From Octopus bimaculoides (Eukaryota), in contig NC_068986.1 of the NCBI RefSeq assembly GCF_001194135.2, positions 52,140,833 to 52,204,832 on the forward strand: a stretch of 64,000 nucleotides of DNA, in the 5' to 3' direction. The notes beneath the pieces were generated by a model. It saw only the letters and a program-made list of their open reading frames with translations, searched no databases and was not told where the DNA came from. The translations under genes were made by a program, and so were the position numbers. Numbering within the stretch: the first letter of the stretch is position 1; every line of letters starts with the position of its first letter. Of this stretch, positions 25,341 to 38,149 are shown one piece after another.

Positions 25341-26769
25341 AATGGTTAATATTAACATTCATGCTTTTTCTCAGTGATTCATTGTTAATTAAGAGCGTTT
25401 TATTTAGGCCAATATTTTCGCCACAATTAGCAGAAATTGGAATGATACCGTCACCAAGATTTCTCTTACTTACCTATTTATATCCTGCGTTAGAAAGAGC
25501 GGAATTATAATAATGGGATAACGAATTGAAAACATTTTCATTCGCCGAAAGTTGCGTAATTCTACGTGAAATACCTTTAGCTAAAGAATTAGTAATGGCG
25601 GTGGAATGATTGGAGAATTTGCTAACATATTTAGTGATTTTATCCGGTTTTCTGTATAGATAGTATAATCCTTTGTTACGGTTTAACGAGATGTCTACGA
25701 AGTTAACTATTTTAGTACCTACTTCGAAATTTAAATATAGTTAAGTCTTAAAACTGTGATGTTTGGTTGGATATTACCTGCACATCTCTTTATGCGTTTA
25801 TGTTATGTTATAACTTGCTCAAGTTGTTATAACTTGCTCCGGTTGTGGACATAACTATATAGGAGAAACAAGTACGACGCTGAGATGAAGAACCACACTA
25901 CATAAGGAACAGATTCGGTTCTCGCAACATAGACAGATTCATTTGAGTGAACGCATAGAGAGATGCGCAAGTAATAAATACTCAACCAAACTTCACAGTT
26001 TTCCCCATCTATTAGTGCAAAGAAACAGTTCCTATACAAGAACATTTAAATAAAGAAAATTTGTTCATCGAAAAATACAGAACACGTCTAAATATGAACG
26101 CATAACCAACTTTGATCTCAATTTATATTTTAATTCATGATCACATACCTATCACTGTACATATTTCACCTCACTACTTTAGCTTTTGATTTTTTGTGTA
26201 TATATATTTACTCATCCCCTCCCCGAAAGATGAGCAATTACCACCTCCTGTCTCCTAATAATAACGATCACCAATTACCTCTCCTTAGATTTTTCTACTT
26301 ATTGAACTATTCACAAACTTCCCCACACGCAACATGCACTAAACTTTTCTTAAGAAAATACAAAAATACAATAATTTCAATGTCATACACGCACAAGCAT
26401 GCATATGTAAGTCATGTAGAGACTCTGATGATTATCAGAAATACAACGGAGGGAAAAGACAGGATTCACACCAGTCTGCATTACCTTGACGCTACAAAGG
26501 TTTCTATCACTTGATCTCATTGGATTTATCACACGTTTTGGTTATAATTATTACAAATTCATAGAGGGTTTTTTCTCGACTCTTTATAACTGTATGGATA
26601 GTTTCAGTTAAGTTTTTTTTATGGAATCCTATATGTATTTGTTAATAATATATAAGAATATATGTGTGTGTGCGTGTGTGCGTGTATATATATATATATA
26701 TATATATATGCAAAGTTATTCACTTATGTTTATTCACGGAGACATATGCGTTTGTTTAATTTGTTTACA

Positions 26770-27130
26770 AAAACAAAAACGTGTTCGATTTAGTAAAATG
26801 ATGCGTTGTAAGTGTGTATATATTCTTACTTGAGATAAACAGTGATAAAATCTTGCAATGCTCTTTCATCTCTCGGTCCTTTGGTAGACTTTGCACATCA
26901 ATGATTATACGATCTACTGAAGTGCCTATGGCAGAAGTCGCCTTGCTTTATATCATATAAATCAATACTCAAAACACCCACACACTCATATACGAGCGAT
27001 TTGTGGGTGTGATATCTTTGAATATAACATATGATACGATGTCTCAAAAAGAATTATCCCCTGCCAATATCTTTATTCCATTTACTTTTACCTTTGTTTA
27101 CCGTTTGGTGAAAATTGCCAAATAAGGTGT
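26770..27130. repeat. Unclassified dispersed repeat family E, copy 2
   Basis: Colinear with 16785-17150, same orientation. Confidence 0.8.
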
Positions 27131-27212
27131 GAATGATTGCTATCAAGAATTTAGTACTAGGGAATTTTTAAAGATTTACATTGGTTTTGGCATTCTTTTT
27201 CACGATGTAAGT

Positions 27213-27606
27213 CGGCGAGCTGGAAGAAACCTTAGCACGCCGGGCGAAATACTTAGTGATATTTCGTCTGCCGCTACGTTGAGTTCAAATTCCGCCGAGG
27301 CCGACTTTGCCTTTCATCCTTTCGGGGTCGATTAAATAAGTACCAGTTACGCACTGGGATCGATTTAATCGACTTAACCCGTTTTTCTGTCCTTGTTTGT
27401 CTCCTCTGTGTGTAGCCCCTTGTGGGCAGTAAAGAAATAAGAAACGTTAGCACGCCGGGCGAAATATTTACTGGTATTTCGTCTGACTTTACGTTCTGAG
27501 TTCAAATTCCGCCGAAGTCGACTTTGCATTTCATCCTTTCGAGGTCGATAAATTAAGTAGCAGTTGGTACTATGGGCGATCTAATTGCCTGCCCCCATCC
27601 CTCTCC
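27213..27606 (+). mobile_element. SINE family B, dimeric form
   Basis: Two tandem monomers (aacgttagcacgccgggcgaaat..gagttcaaattccgccga.g.cgactttgc..tcatcctttcg.ggtcga) joined by a pyrimidine-rich linker. Confidence 0.88.
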
Positions 27607-28028
27607 NNNNNNNNNNNNNNNNNNNNNNNNNNNNNNNNNNNNNNNNNNNNNNNNNNNNNNNNNNNNNNNNNNNNNNNNNNNNNNNNNNNNNNNNNNNNNN
27701 NNNNNNNNNNNNNNNNNNNNNNNNNNNNNNNNNNNNNNNNNNNNNNNNNNNNNNNNNNNNNNNNNNNNNNNNNNNNNNNNNNNNNNNNNNNNNNNNNNNN
27801 NNNNNNNNNNNNNNNNNNNNNNNNNNNNNNNNNNNNNNNNNNNNNNNNNNNNNNNNNNNNNNNNNNNNNNNNNNNNNNNNNNNNNNNNNNNNNNNNNNNN
27901 NNNNNNNNNNNNNNNNNNNNNNNNNNNNNNNNNNNNNNNNNNNNNNNNNNNNNNNNNNNNNNNNNNNNNNNNNNNNNNNNNNNNNNNNNNNNNNNNNNNN
28001 NNNNNNNNNNNNNNNNNNNNNNNNNNNN

Positions 28029-28103
<75 letters not shown>

Positions 28104-28459
28104 AATAAACTCGCACAAGCACACACACACAAAGGGTACACCTGTCATCATAAACAAAATTCAGAGAAAAGGACACCAAGATCATTTCCAGATGTGTCAT
28201 GTGTGTGTGTGTGTGTGTGAGGGGCTGTATTTATGATATCCTATATTTTAGCTGAAAGCTACAAAACTGAATATATATATTCTTCTGTCCTATGAATAGC
28301 TGAACGATTTGTGAGATGAAACGGTAGAGCTTTCGCAATTAATTTACGAGCTATAGTGAAAAGACTGCCTAGGATACCCTACTGCTTCGTTGTAAAATGA
28401 TATTGAAATCGTTAACTAAATTTTTTGCAATTTCTTTTCAGAAGCAAACAAACACGCAG

Positions 28460-28575
28460 ATATGCATGCATGTATGTATGTATGTATGTATGTATGTATG
28501 TATGGATGGATGGATGGATGGATGGATGGATGGATGGATGGATAGATGGATGGATGGATAGATGGATGGGTGGAT
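28460..28575. repeat. (TATG)n to (GATG)n compound tetranucleotide microsatellite
   Basis: Direct reading. Confidence 0.9.
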
Positions 28576-29206
28576 GGATGGAGGTCAGGTCACTCTTAGT
28601 GCTACTAGTAATATAAAACATGCTACAAACAGCCCTACCAAGCGTACTTATTAAAGAGAGTGATTTTCGGTGTACAACTTTTAACAGGTTTCGAACATCG
28701 AAACCTGTCAAAGGACGGATAGTGACTGTATCTATATATCTATATACATATATATATACATATATATATATATATACATACGTAATACCTACGTACATAC
28801 GTACGTACGTACGTACCTACCTACCTACCTACATACATACATATATACATACATACACATATATATATATAAACAATATATGAGTATATGCATATATATG
28901 TACATGTATGTACATACCTTCATCTACATGTACATATAGATACATATCTGGGTACATGACGTTGCAAAAAAACATGGACAAAATGATAAACAAGCAGGTC
29001 ACATAGAGGACATATCCTTCATCAGCTGCCACCATTAAAACAGTGGCTTTTCGAAAAGTTAGGGCAGGACGCATCGCTAAAATGGCTCTTTTCATGAATA
29101 CAAATTAAACTTTTCTCGTGGAGGATAGTGGCTGACGAAAAACAAGACAGGAAAACGAAACGGTGAAATAAACAAACAAAAAGGCTGTACAGCCAGACGT
29201 GGAGAA

Positions 29207-29288
<82 letters not shown>

Positions 29289-29738
29289 ATGTGTGTGTGT
29301 GTTTATATGAGTTACAATTAACTCACACAATTCAGAAAATAGGGGGAAAATTAAAAAGGAGATCATTAAATCAAATGACGGTTGACTAGCAATAACTAAG
29401 TCACCGAACACTGGAAAAGCTTTATTCAGTGTGTGCGACAGCTGCATTTATACTTATTCACAATATGCCAATTTGCGTCGAATAAAACACAACAAAGGAT
29501 TAACAAAATATTAAAAGAGACACCGTTTTTATTTAGAAATAGAAACTATGTTTAAATCGATAATTAATATTGACACTTTCTAAATATCAATATCTATGAA
29601 ATGTTATGTTAGACGCGCTTCTAAATATTTAAAGTACATAATATTACCTCCTCTGTGACCGCTCTCATTACATTGTGCCTTTATTGGAAATTTAGGTTAC
29701 TAACACGTGGCGTTAGATCCATTATTAACTGTATAAAC

Positions 29739-29799
<61 letters not shown>

Positions 29800-30003
29800 A
29801 AGTGATTAGATAGGGATAAATTATCCAGGCTGGTACCGTAAAAGCTCTCTGATATGTTCCAGGTTACGGCTCACCGCATCAAGTAGTAATAAACATCAAT
29901 CTCGCTGTAATACCTCTGATGGGTAACACCATTTTAATGAACTAATTCTACTGTAATGACGGACTGGAAAATGAAAAGAAAAATTTGAAGATATACCAGT
30001 CTC

Positions 30004-30056
<53 letters not shown>

Positions 30057-30093
30057 NNNNNNNNNNNNNNNNNNNNNNNNNNNNNNNNNNNNN

Positions 30094-30132
<39 letters not shown>

Positions 30133-30811
30133 TTAACAGTGAAACATGTGGATGTGTGGATGTCTGTCTATGTATATATGTATTTGTGCATATTATCCTA
30201 TGCCTTTCCTAATTTTATTGGTACCATTTCTGTTAATCCGTGGCTAATATAGACAATTGGATCATGTTGTCATGATGTAGGATCGAACTTTAATAAACTA
30301 CGAGCTTGCAAAGCAAACTTCTAAACCACACTGACCTGTCTTTACGCAGATACTATAATATTGACCCACCAACAGCCACCACTATTTCATTTGCATATAT
30401 TCTTAGTTTGAAATTCATATTCCGATTATCACAGCTAAGCTTTCATTTTCAATTCACTCCGGTTTCTTGTCTGAGATATTGGCCACTTGTATAGAAATCG
30501 ATTTTTTGCATAGGTGTATAGGATGACATAACTTCAATCGATTTCCTGATGCTACCAAACATTTATTTTGATGATCTAGGATTTAGGCAACATATCATGT
30601 TTCCTGTTATCAATCTGAGACATAGATATTCATTAGACGTCGGATAAATTTTCTCATAGCTTAAAGATTTAATCGATAAATAATTTTCAATTATTTACTA
30701 TTTCTTTTTTCTTTTTTTGTAATTTGACATCTTTTTCCGTAATCGTTTCTGCGCTGCTAGCAAGATTATTTGTCGTACTCGTTTTCTACTAAAAATGCGA
30801 ATGAACAATTA

Positions 30812-31029
30812 TTCTTTTATTCTTTTATTTGTTTGTCATTTGACTGCAGTCATGCTCGAGCAATGCCTTTAGTTGATCAAATCGATCCCAGGACTCATTC
30901 TTTGTAGGTCTAGTACTTATTCTATCGTTCTCTTTTACCGAACCACCATGTTACGGGGACGTAAACACACCAACATCGGTTGTCAAGCGATGGTGGTGGG
31001 GACAAACACAGACACACAAACATATACAT

Positions 31030-31067
<38 letters not shown>

Positions 31068-31230
31068 CATGACGTGTTCCTGCTTTCAATTTCCGTTTAC
31101 CAAATCCATTTGGAGAACTTTGGTCGGCCCGAGGCTATAGTAGAAGACACTCAGCGAAGGTGCCACGCAACGGGACTGAACCCGAAACCATGTATTAGGA
31201 AAGGAAGCTTCTTACCACACGGCCACGCCT
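30812..31230 (-). mobile_element. SINE family A, near full length
   Basis: 3' tail cttttattc; body cggggacgtaaacacacc..gttgtcaagcg; internal (CT)/(TA) array; head ttaccacacggcca. Confidence 0.88.
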
Positions 31231-31508
31231 GTTTAAGAGCCAGCCAACGTTCAAAGTTTCTACTTATTCGTTCGCTCTACAACTAGTTATAGCATAGCAT
31301 TCATATCACATCATATCTTACAAAACGTAGACATAAATACTGTATAATGTTTCCATAAAAAGGAAGTGATGACATACAACTTTTGGGTTGCCTTTGATCA
31401 TATGTTGGTCCAATTAGGAGTGACCCGAGGTTAAACGTAAGACCTTACCAGGAGTAAACCCCAGTAAGATTTTGAAAAGAAAAGAAAAACAAAAACAAAT
31501 TTAACAAT

Positions 31509-31875
31509 AGGCGCAGGAGTGGCTGTGTGGTAAGAAACTTCCTTCACAACCACTTAATTCCGGGTTCAGTCCCACTACCTGGCATCTTGGGCAAGTGTCT
31601 TCTACTATGGTCTCTGGCAGACCGAAGCCTTGTGAATGAATCTGGTACGCGGAAACTGAAAGGAAACTGGTCTATATATANNNNNNNNNNNNNNNNNNNN
31701 NNNNNNNNNNNNNNNNNNNNNNNNNNNNNNNNNNNNNNNNNNNNNNNNNNNNNTGTGACCGATAAAATAAGTACTAGGCTTACAAAGAATAAGTCCTGGA
31801 GTTGATTTGTTCGACTAAAGGCGGTACTCCATCATGACTGCAGTCAAATGACTGAAACAAGTAAAAGAAATAAGA
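31509..31875 (+). mobile_element. SINE family A (internal microsatellite falls in an N gap)
   Basis: ggcgcaggagtggctgtgtggtaag..gggttcagtccc..cttgggcaagtgtcttcta..gcagtcaaatgactgaaacaagtaaaag. Confidence 0.88.
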
Positions 31876-31950
31876 GAAAATCATTCATAAGTCGACTCTT
31901 TTAATTAGTTGAGGGGTAGTAGCGCTAACCAGTGATGTGTGTAAATACAA

Positions 31951-32088
31951 GGTTATTGCAAGTTCAAATATGCTTGGAGCACATTCGAACCCGTGAGAAA
32001 GCCATTCAGTTTCTCCATGACAAAACACCGTAAGTGGTTTTCATACGGGTTCCAGTGTGCCCGAAGCATATTTGAACTGGTAATAGCC
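31951..32088. mobile_element. MITE with ~50-bp imperfect TIRs; a single matching arm lies at ~37625-37680
   Basis: aagttcaaatatgcttggagcacattcgaacccg versus reverse complement ccagttcaaatatgcttcgggcacactggaacccg. Confidence 0.7.
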
Positions 32089-32174
32089 TCGTATTAATTA
32101 GCTGAAATGCGCGTCTCAAAGATTCAGTGACATGGCCGATTTACTTTTTCATTATACGGATAAATATAAGTCAC

Positions 32175-32355
32175 CCAGCTGGCAGAATCGTTAGCACGCC
32201 GTGCACAATGTTTAGCGGCATTTTGCCCGTCTTTAATGTTCTGAGTTCAAACTCTGCCGATGTCGACTTTGGCTTTCATCTTCTCGGGGTCGAAGAAATA
32301 AGTACCATTTGAGTACTGGGGTCGATGTAAACGACTTACGCCCTCTCCCAAAAGG
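32175..32355 (+). mobile_element. SINE family B monomer
   Basis: agctggcagaatcgttagcacgcc..ctgagttcaaactctgccgatgtcgactttgg. Confidence 0.85.
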
Positions 32356-33544
32356 AAGGATTATATGGATAAATATATATGCAATTAATATACTTGTAAT
32401 TAGTAATTTGAGATAGAAAAACAAACATGAATATCATACTAGTTAGGTACGAGTATAACAGCTAACATCGCAATCAACTTACTATGCTCTCTCTCTCTCT
32501 CTCTCTCTTCTCCCTCTTCCTCTTCTCTTTCCCACCTTATCTCTTAAATAGGCACAAATGATTATTTTCTATCGCGAGCAATATCTTGACACTCTTTTCT
32601 AATATCATTGTTCGAGTTGTTTTTCAGGTGATAAAATAGCTCTTTGGCGTCAAAAAGTGTAAAATTAATTGTATGAACAGGAGAAAGAAATTGAAAAAAA
32701 ATGAAAATATGCGACAATAGACGATTATTATAGTGAAATTATAAGCTCAATGGCGACAAACAGAAATGGCATCATGCAGTACAAACACAACAAATAGACT
32801 TACGTCAAATTTGAACTAGCAAAGAAAATTATAAAGCAGCTGACTTAACTAGTCGTATAATGTCATTCGACATTTCGCAGATGTTTCACCATTCGGTTAA
32901 TGGTTTCTATTTAATTTCATATCAACTTTTGGGAATAAACTCATTGTTGCTCACAGTTCTTCATTGAGCATGTCATTTGATTATTGCATTTACGATATCG
33001 AGAATGACCAAGACCATACTAGCATCTGTCAAGCCATGTATGGTGAAAGTTCTGGTATCAATGTTATACTTCTTTGCGTAATACTCAGCTACTTAACGCG
33101 CTATTTTAAAAATCAGGTCATATAATTGTTAGAACAGGTGAATGCCTTTCGTCGAAACGATGAAGGACACATATTAAAGCATACATATGCACGCAAATAT
33201 GCCTATGTATAATCTTTTATTATCATTGTATATGTATGTATAATTTTTTATTGTCATTACATTGCTGCCATGTTGGGGCATTGTCATGAGAGGTTTTCTC
33301 AAAAAATCGCCTCCTGTACTTATTCCTTCTAAGTTCGGTAATCATTCAATTGGTTTCTTATTCTGAGCTACTAAATCACAGGGACAAAACAACATCGGTG
33401 GTCAAGCGGTGTAGAGCCGAATACAAAACACGTACACAAATGCATATATGAATGTATGTTTGTATATAGCATCTGTATCTAACTATCTATCTATCTATCT
33501 ATCTATCTATCTCTATCTCCTTCTCTCTCTCCCCCTCTCCCCCC

Positions 33545-33605
<61 letters not shown>

Positions 33606-34277
33606 TTTACACAACGTGAATGAGTGCTCANNNNNNNNNNNNNNNNNNNNNNNNNNNNNNNNNNNNNNNNNNNNNNNNNNNNNNNNNNNNNNNNNNNNNN
33701 NNNNNNNNNNNNNNNNNNNNNNNNNNNNNNNNNNNNNNNNNNNNNNNNNNNNNNNNNNNNNNNNNNNNNNNNNNNNNNNNNNNNNNNNNNNNNNNNNNNN
33801 NNNNNNNNNNNNNNNNNNNNNNNNNNNNNNNNNNNNNNNNNNNNNNNNNNNNNNNNNNNNNNNNNNNNNNNNNNNNNNNNNNNNNNNNNNNNNNNNNNNN
33901 NNNNNNNNNNNNNNNNNNNNNNNNNNNNNNNNNNNNNNNNNNNNNNNNNNNNNNNNNNNNNNNNNNNNNNNNNNNNNNNNNNNNNNNNNNNNNNNNNNNN
34001 NNNNNNNNNNNNNNNNNNNNNNNNNNNNNNNNNNNNNNNNNNNNNNNNNNNNNNNNNNNNNNNNNNNNNCACACACACACACACATATGCACGTGCGTCC
34101 ATTCATTTTCTACTAAATTGTAAATTTACATATCAAGGTATTGCTGTTGTATTAGAAGTGGCCTGCGCAAGTCGCCCCGCAGAGGGAGTACATGAACCCG
34201 CAACCATGTGATTGCGAAACAAACTTCTTAGTCACAGAGCCATACAGCCATGCAGCGATGATTGTGTATGTGCATGA

Positions 34278-34324
<47 letters not shown>

Positions 34325-36701
34325 TGTGCGTGAGTGTCTGAACTGCAAGTACAAAATTAACCTAATCCAGAAACATACAACAACATGAAATGCTTGTGTC
34401 GGGCGACATTATGCGGCAAATTAGATCCACTTTCAGTTGATTGGGTGAGCTCGCATACGACGTCATTGTGTGTTTTGAAAGAAGTGTATTTGTACAAGAT
34501 TATTATGCAAGAACAGTGTGATATCATCGGTTTCCCCATCGATATGTGTACACCTTTGGGTGACATACATCAGGGAATCACATACGTACATATAATGCAT
34601 ATACAGGAGCGTAGGCAGTGAGGCGGGAGCAAGGGAACGTTCCACCACAAGCGACGCTTCTAAGTTTACTGTATAAGCATGTACAGGGGTATGGCTGCCC
34701 TGGGCTTTACACACTATAGTTACTCCACTGAATCTATACATCTGTATATGCGTATATGTGTGTGCGCGCGCGCGTGTACGAGTGTGTGTGTCGTTTATCA
34801 ATTTCGATGAGTTCAGTTGTTCGGCCATCTGCAAGATCTACTCTGAAATAACTTGTGTTGGCAATCAGCGTAACAACGTTTGACAAGGCTAAAAATTTGA
34901 ACTATGGCTGCAATACAACATACGAACTTCTAAATTGTTTCCGCCTACTTAATTTCGCTCACAAGGCTTGGGTCTACCGGGGACTATAGTAAAGATCCGA
35001 AGATCCGAAGCAGTGGGTTTACCTCGGGATCTGCGCAGAGCATATCTCATATCTCTAGGCAGTTGTCAACCCAAAATTTATGATATATATATCATTTGCG
35101 AGCAAGATGACACGCAGTGTTGAGGTCAGTTACATAATAGTATGGTTTGAAATCGAGTCATCTTAAACACGCAACTTTACAAGCGTATCAATTTCGTTTG
35201 CGTTAGAAAATTGAGGATCCTTTTATTTTTTCTCATCATAGCGATAGATTTCACACGCGATTGAATCTCGAACCCTAAACACCAGTTTATTTTGTACGTT
35301 TCAATGATTACTTTCATTTCTAATTTCCTTTCACCAGTCAGTATTTATCCGTTTTACCCTCGAGGGAGAACTAAGCATTCTGTAACTAAGGTAATAGCTT
35401 TGCACTACCTCTGGCTAAGTTAATAGATTTTCATATCTTTGTTGGAGTATCTCTGACATATTTGTCGTTATTTGTAACATTTTTCGTATCCAAGATACTG
35501 AAACTAATTGCATTTGTATAAGTATACGATTACACGTAACATCTGCGTGTAGGTTTGTATTATGCTGAGTGTACACTCACGTATTTTGTTGCATATGGAT
35601 ACATTCATCGCTACTAAATGTGTCTGTGTGCGTGTATGTGAAATGAAATTAGTTCTTTAATGTTTGTGACGTTGTGTACACATCTGTATCAACGTTTGTA
35701 TGTGTTTATGCATATCTGCTTTTATCGTCTGCGTGGGTGTTTGTCGAGCGCAAAAAAGCGTACACACATATGTAAATCATTGTATGGTGCATAAAGTGGA
35801 ATCTGTTTGCTAATGAGTATGTAAATTTATATGTGAGCACGTGTATGGTTGTGTGTATCTGTGTGCATGTGTTTGTAAGAAGGCATGTGCTTATGTGCGT
35901 ATGTTTCTATCTGTACCTTTTTCTTCAGTATGCCTAAGAAGATTTTGTCAACTAATGCAGCTGTGCTTGAATATAAAAACACCGCGTTGTCATTTCTTAA
36001 TATGTCGCTCTAGACGTGTATCTGAAGAAATCTTCTTCTCTGTCATGCTAGAGTGACAAAACAGAAGGGTAGCAGGTTATAAAATTGCCAAATGCCAGAA
36101 GCAATTAAAGAATTTACCGTATATGCATCCCTGCTACAAATGCATAAATCCTTTTCTCTTTCTAACCGCAACCCTCTCTACCCCTTCCACATCTTATTAC
36201 ACACTTCCCACCTCCAACTCCTCCCTTTGTCTCCATGACTACAACTATTGTACGACTGCCACCCGATTCTTCTCACCACCAACACGATTATCAACGGTTG
36301 CACACACAGAAATATCACCACAATGCTTCCATTCTATTCTCCAACACAAATCACCATCTTTAATACCACAGCGAGCATTCAATAAAAAATATCACCGCAC
36401 TACAAACACATTAATTTTTACAACTTAACAACTATTACTGTGTTTATACGGGGCGGGGGCGCAGACATGACTACATGGTTAAGAAATTTGCTTTGCAACC
36501 ACGCGACTCCGGGATCGGTACAATTGCACGGCAGCTCTAACAAGTGTTTCTGACAGAGTGTCCAGTTAGCGAATATATTTTGATAAGAATTTGATAACCA
36601 AAAACGGACCGTTCTCTTCCTTCTATATATGTGTGTGTGTAAGTGATGTAAGCATTAACACCAAAAAGGATGAGTTTTCACTAAGGTGTTATTAGTTTCA
36701 C

Positions 36702-37079
36702 GTGGAGACGCAATGGCCCAGTGGTTAGGGCAGCGGACTCGCGGTCATAGGATCTCGGTTTTGATTCCCAGACCGGGTGTTGTGAGTGTTTATTGAGCGA
36801 AAACACCTAAAGCTCCACGAGGCTCCGGCAGGGGATGGTGGCGAACCCTGCTGTACTCTTTCACCACAACTTTCTCTCACTCTTCCTGTTTCTGTTGTGC
36901 CTGTAATTCAAAGGGTCAGCCTTGTCACACTGTGTGACGCTGAATATCCCCGAGAACTACGTTAAGGGTACACGTTTCTGTGGAGTGCTCAGCCACTTGC
37001 ACGTTAATTTCACGAGCAGGCTGTTTTGTTGATCGGATCAACTGGAACCCTTGACGTCGTAAGCGACGGAGTGCCAACA
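36702..37079 (+). mobile_element. tRNA-derived SINE with 13-bp TSD
   Basis: TTATTAGTTTCAC at 36689-36701 and 37080-37092; near-identical to 20180-20567. Confidence 0.92.
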
Positions 37080-38099
37080 TTATTAGTTTCACACTCGAAA
37101 AAGGAAAGGTTGATTAGGTTAATTAGATTAACGTGTTGAGTTCACTGAGGTCATATAAGAACATATGGCTTTTTTTTTTACTAGCTATTGCATGATGGTG
37201 AGTTAGTAGAAACATTAGCAATTAATATGTACTTTGTCAATTTTGGAAAGATGCTGGAGTAGGATGTAGGTTTGGGAGAAATTCAAACTCAGAACGTAAA
37301 GAGACATAAACAAATTCATATGTCCCACGTAATTAAGGGGTCGGTCATCAACCCGCTATAAGGAATAATGGTAAGTTGCTGGACCAAAACAACAGAAGCT
37401 TCGCTAGAAAAACTGACCTTTGCTTCGTTAAAAGTAAATACTGCTAAATATACCACTCACATAAAGAAATGGTAATTTGAGTTCATTTCCATACGCATTA
37501 GGTTCTTTACTGACACTTGTATCAAGCCTTGTATATCGCTGATGATTCTAAGAGAAAGCAGACACTTCAAATATCTCGAAAACTATCTCACAGTTATATG
37601 TAAGATTTATATTTTTAAATACAAGATTATTACCAGTTCAAATACGCTTGGGGCATATTCGAACCGATAAGAATCCATTCACTGTCTTTTGCCATCACTG
37701 CTTAGTGTTACCATTCGGTAATTTATATTTTTAGTACCGAAACATAATTCCATCTTATAATAATTCTGCCTGTCATCGCGTTACTTAGCTCGTCGGTAAC
37801 GCTTTCAAGTGATTAGAGAAAAACAGGCAGAAAGAAAAGAGGGAAGGAGAAAAAGAGGGGAGAGAGAATGTAATTGTAAGGTGGTTAGGTGAAGGGGAAG
37901 AGAGAAGAAAGAAAAAGGAGAGAAAAAAAGAGGATAAGGCGAAGACTCAGACAGAAAGAGGGGGAAGAAAAGGAGGGAGACTAAAAAAGATGAAGAGAGA
38001 AAGAGAGAGAGAAGCGTCCATGAAGTGAGGTTGGGAGAGCGTAATTTTCGCAGAGGGGGGATGTTCTAATGGTGAGGTTAAAGAAAGGCAGAGACAGAG

Positions 38100-38149
<50 letters not shown>

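Larger units (their letters stand above)
22970..25800 (-). mobile_element. Penelope-like element (RT end, thumb, linker, GIY-YIG), split by nested LINEs at 24393-25340
   Basis: 25800-25345: IVNFVDISLNRNKGLYYLYRKPDKITKYVSKFSNHSTAITNSLAKGISRRITQLSANENVFNSLSHYYNSALSNAGY. ORF 24370-23600: DVTWFSSP..FPPSHKYYRL..NFRVSY..PNL. 23100-22977: NVVYTC..YTYIGCSVNLKQRLHN. Confidence 0.88.

Noticed and set aside
32830-33090. Possible additional GIY-YIG relic on the minus strand
   Set aside because: Only a vague Cys pattern; the diagnostic VY and YIG motifs could not be read confidently.
34603-34730. Possible hAT-type MITE (caggagcgtagg ... gttactccactg)
   Set aside because: Termini match poorly and there is no convincing 8-bp TSD.
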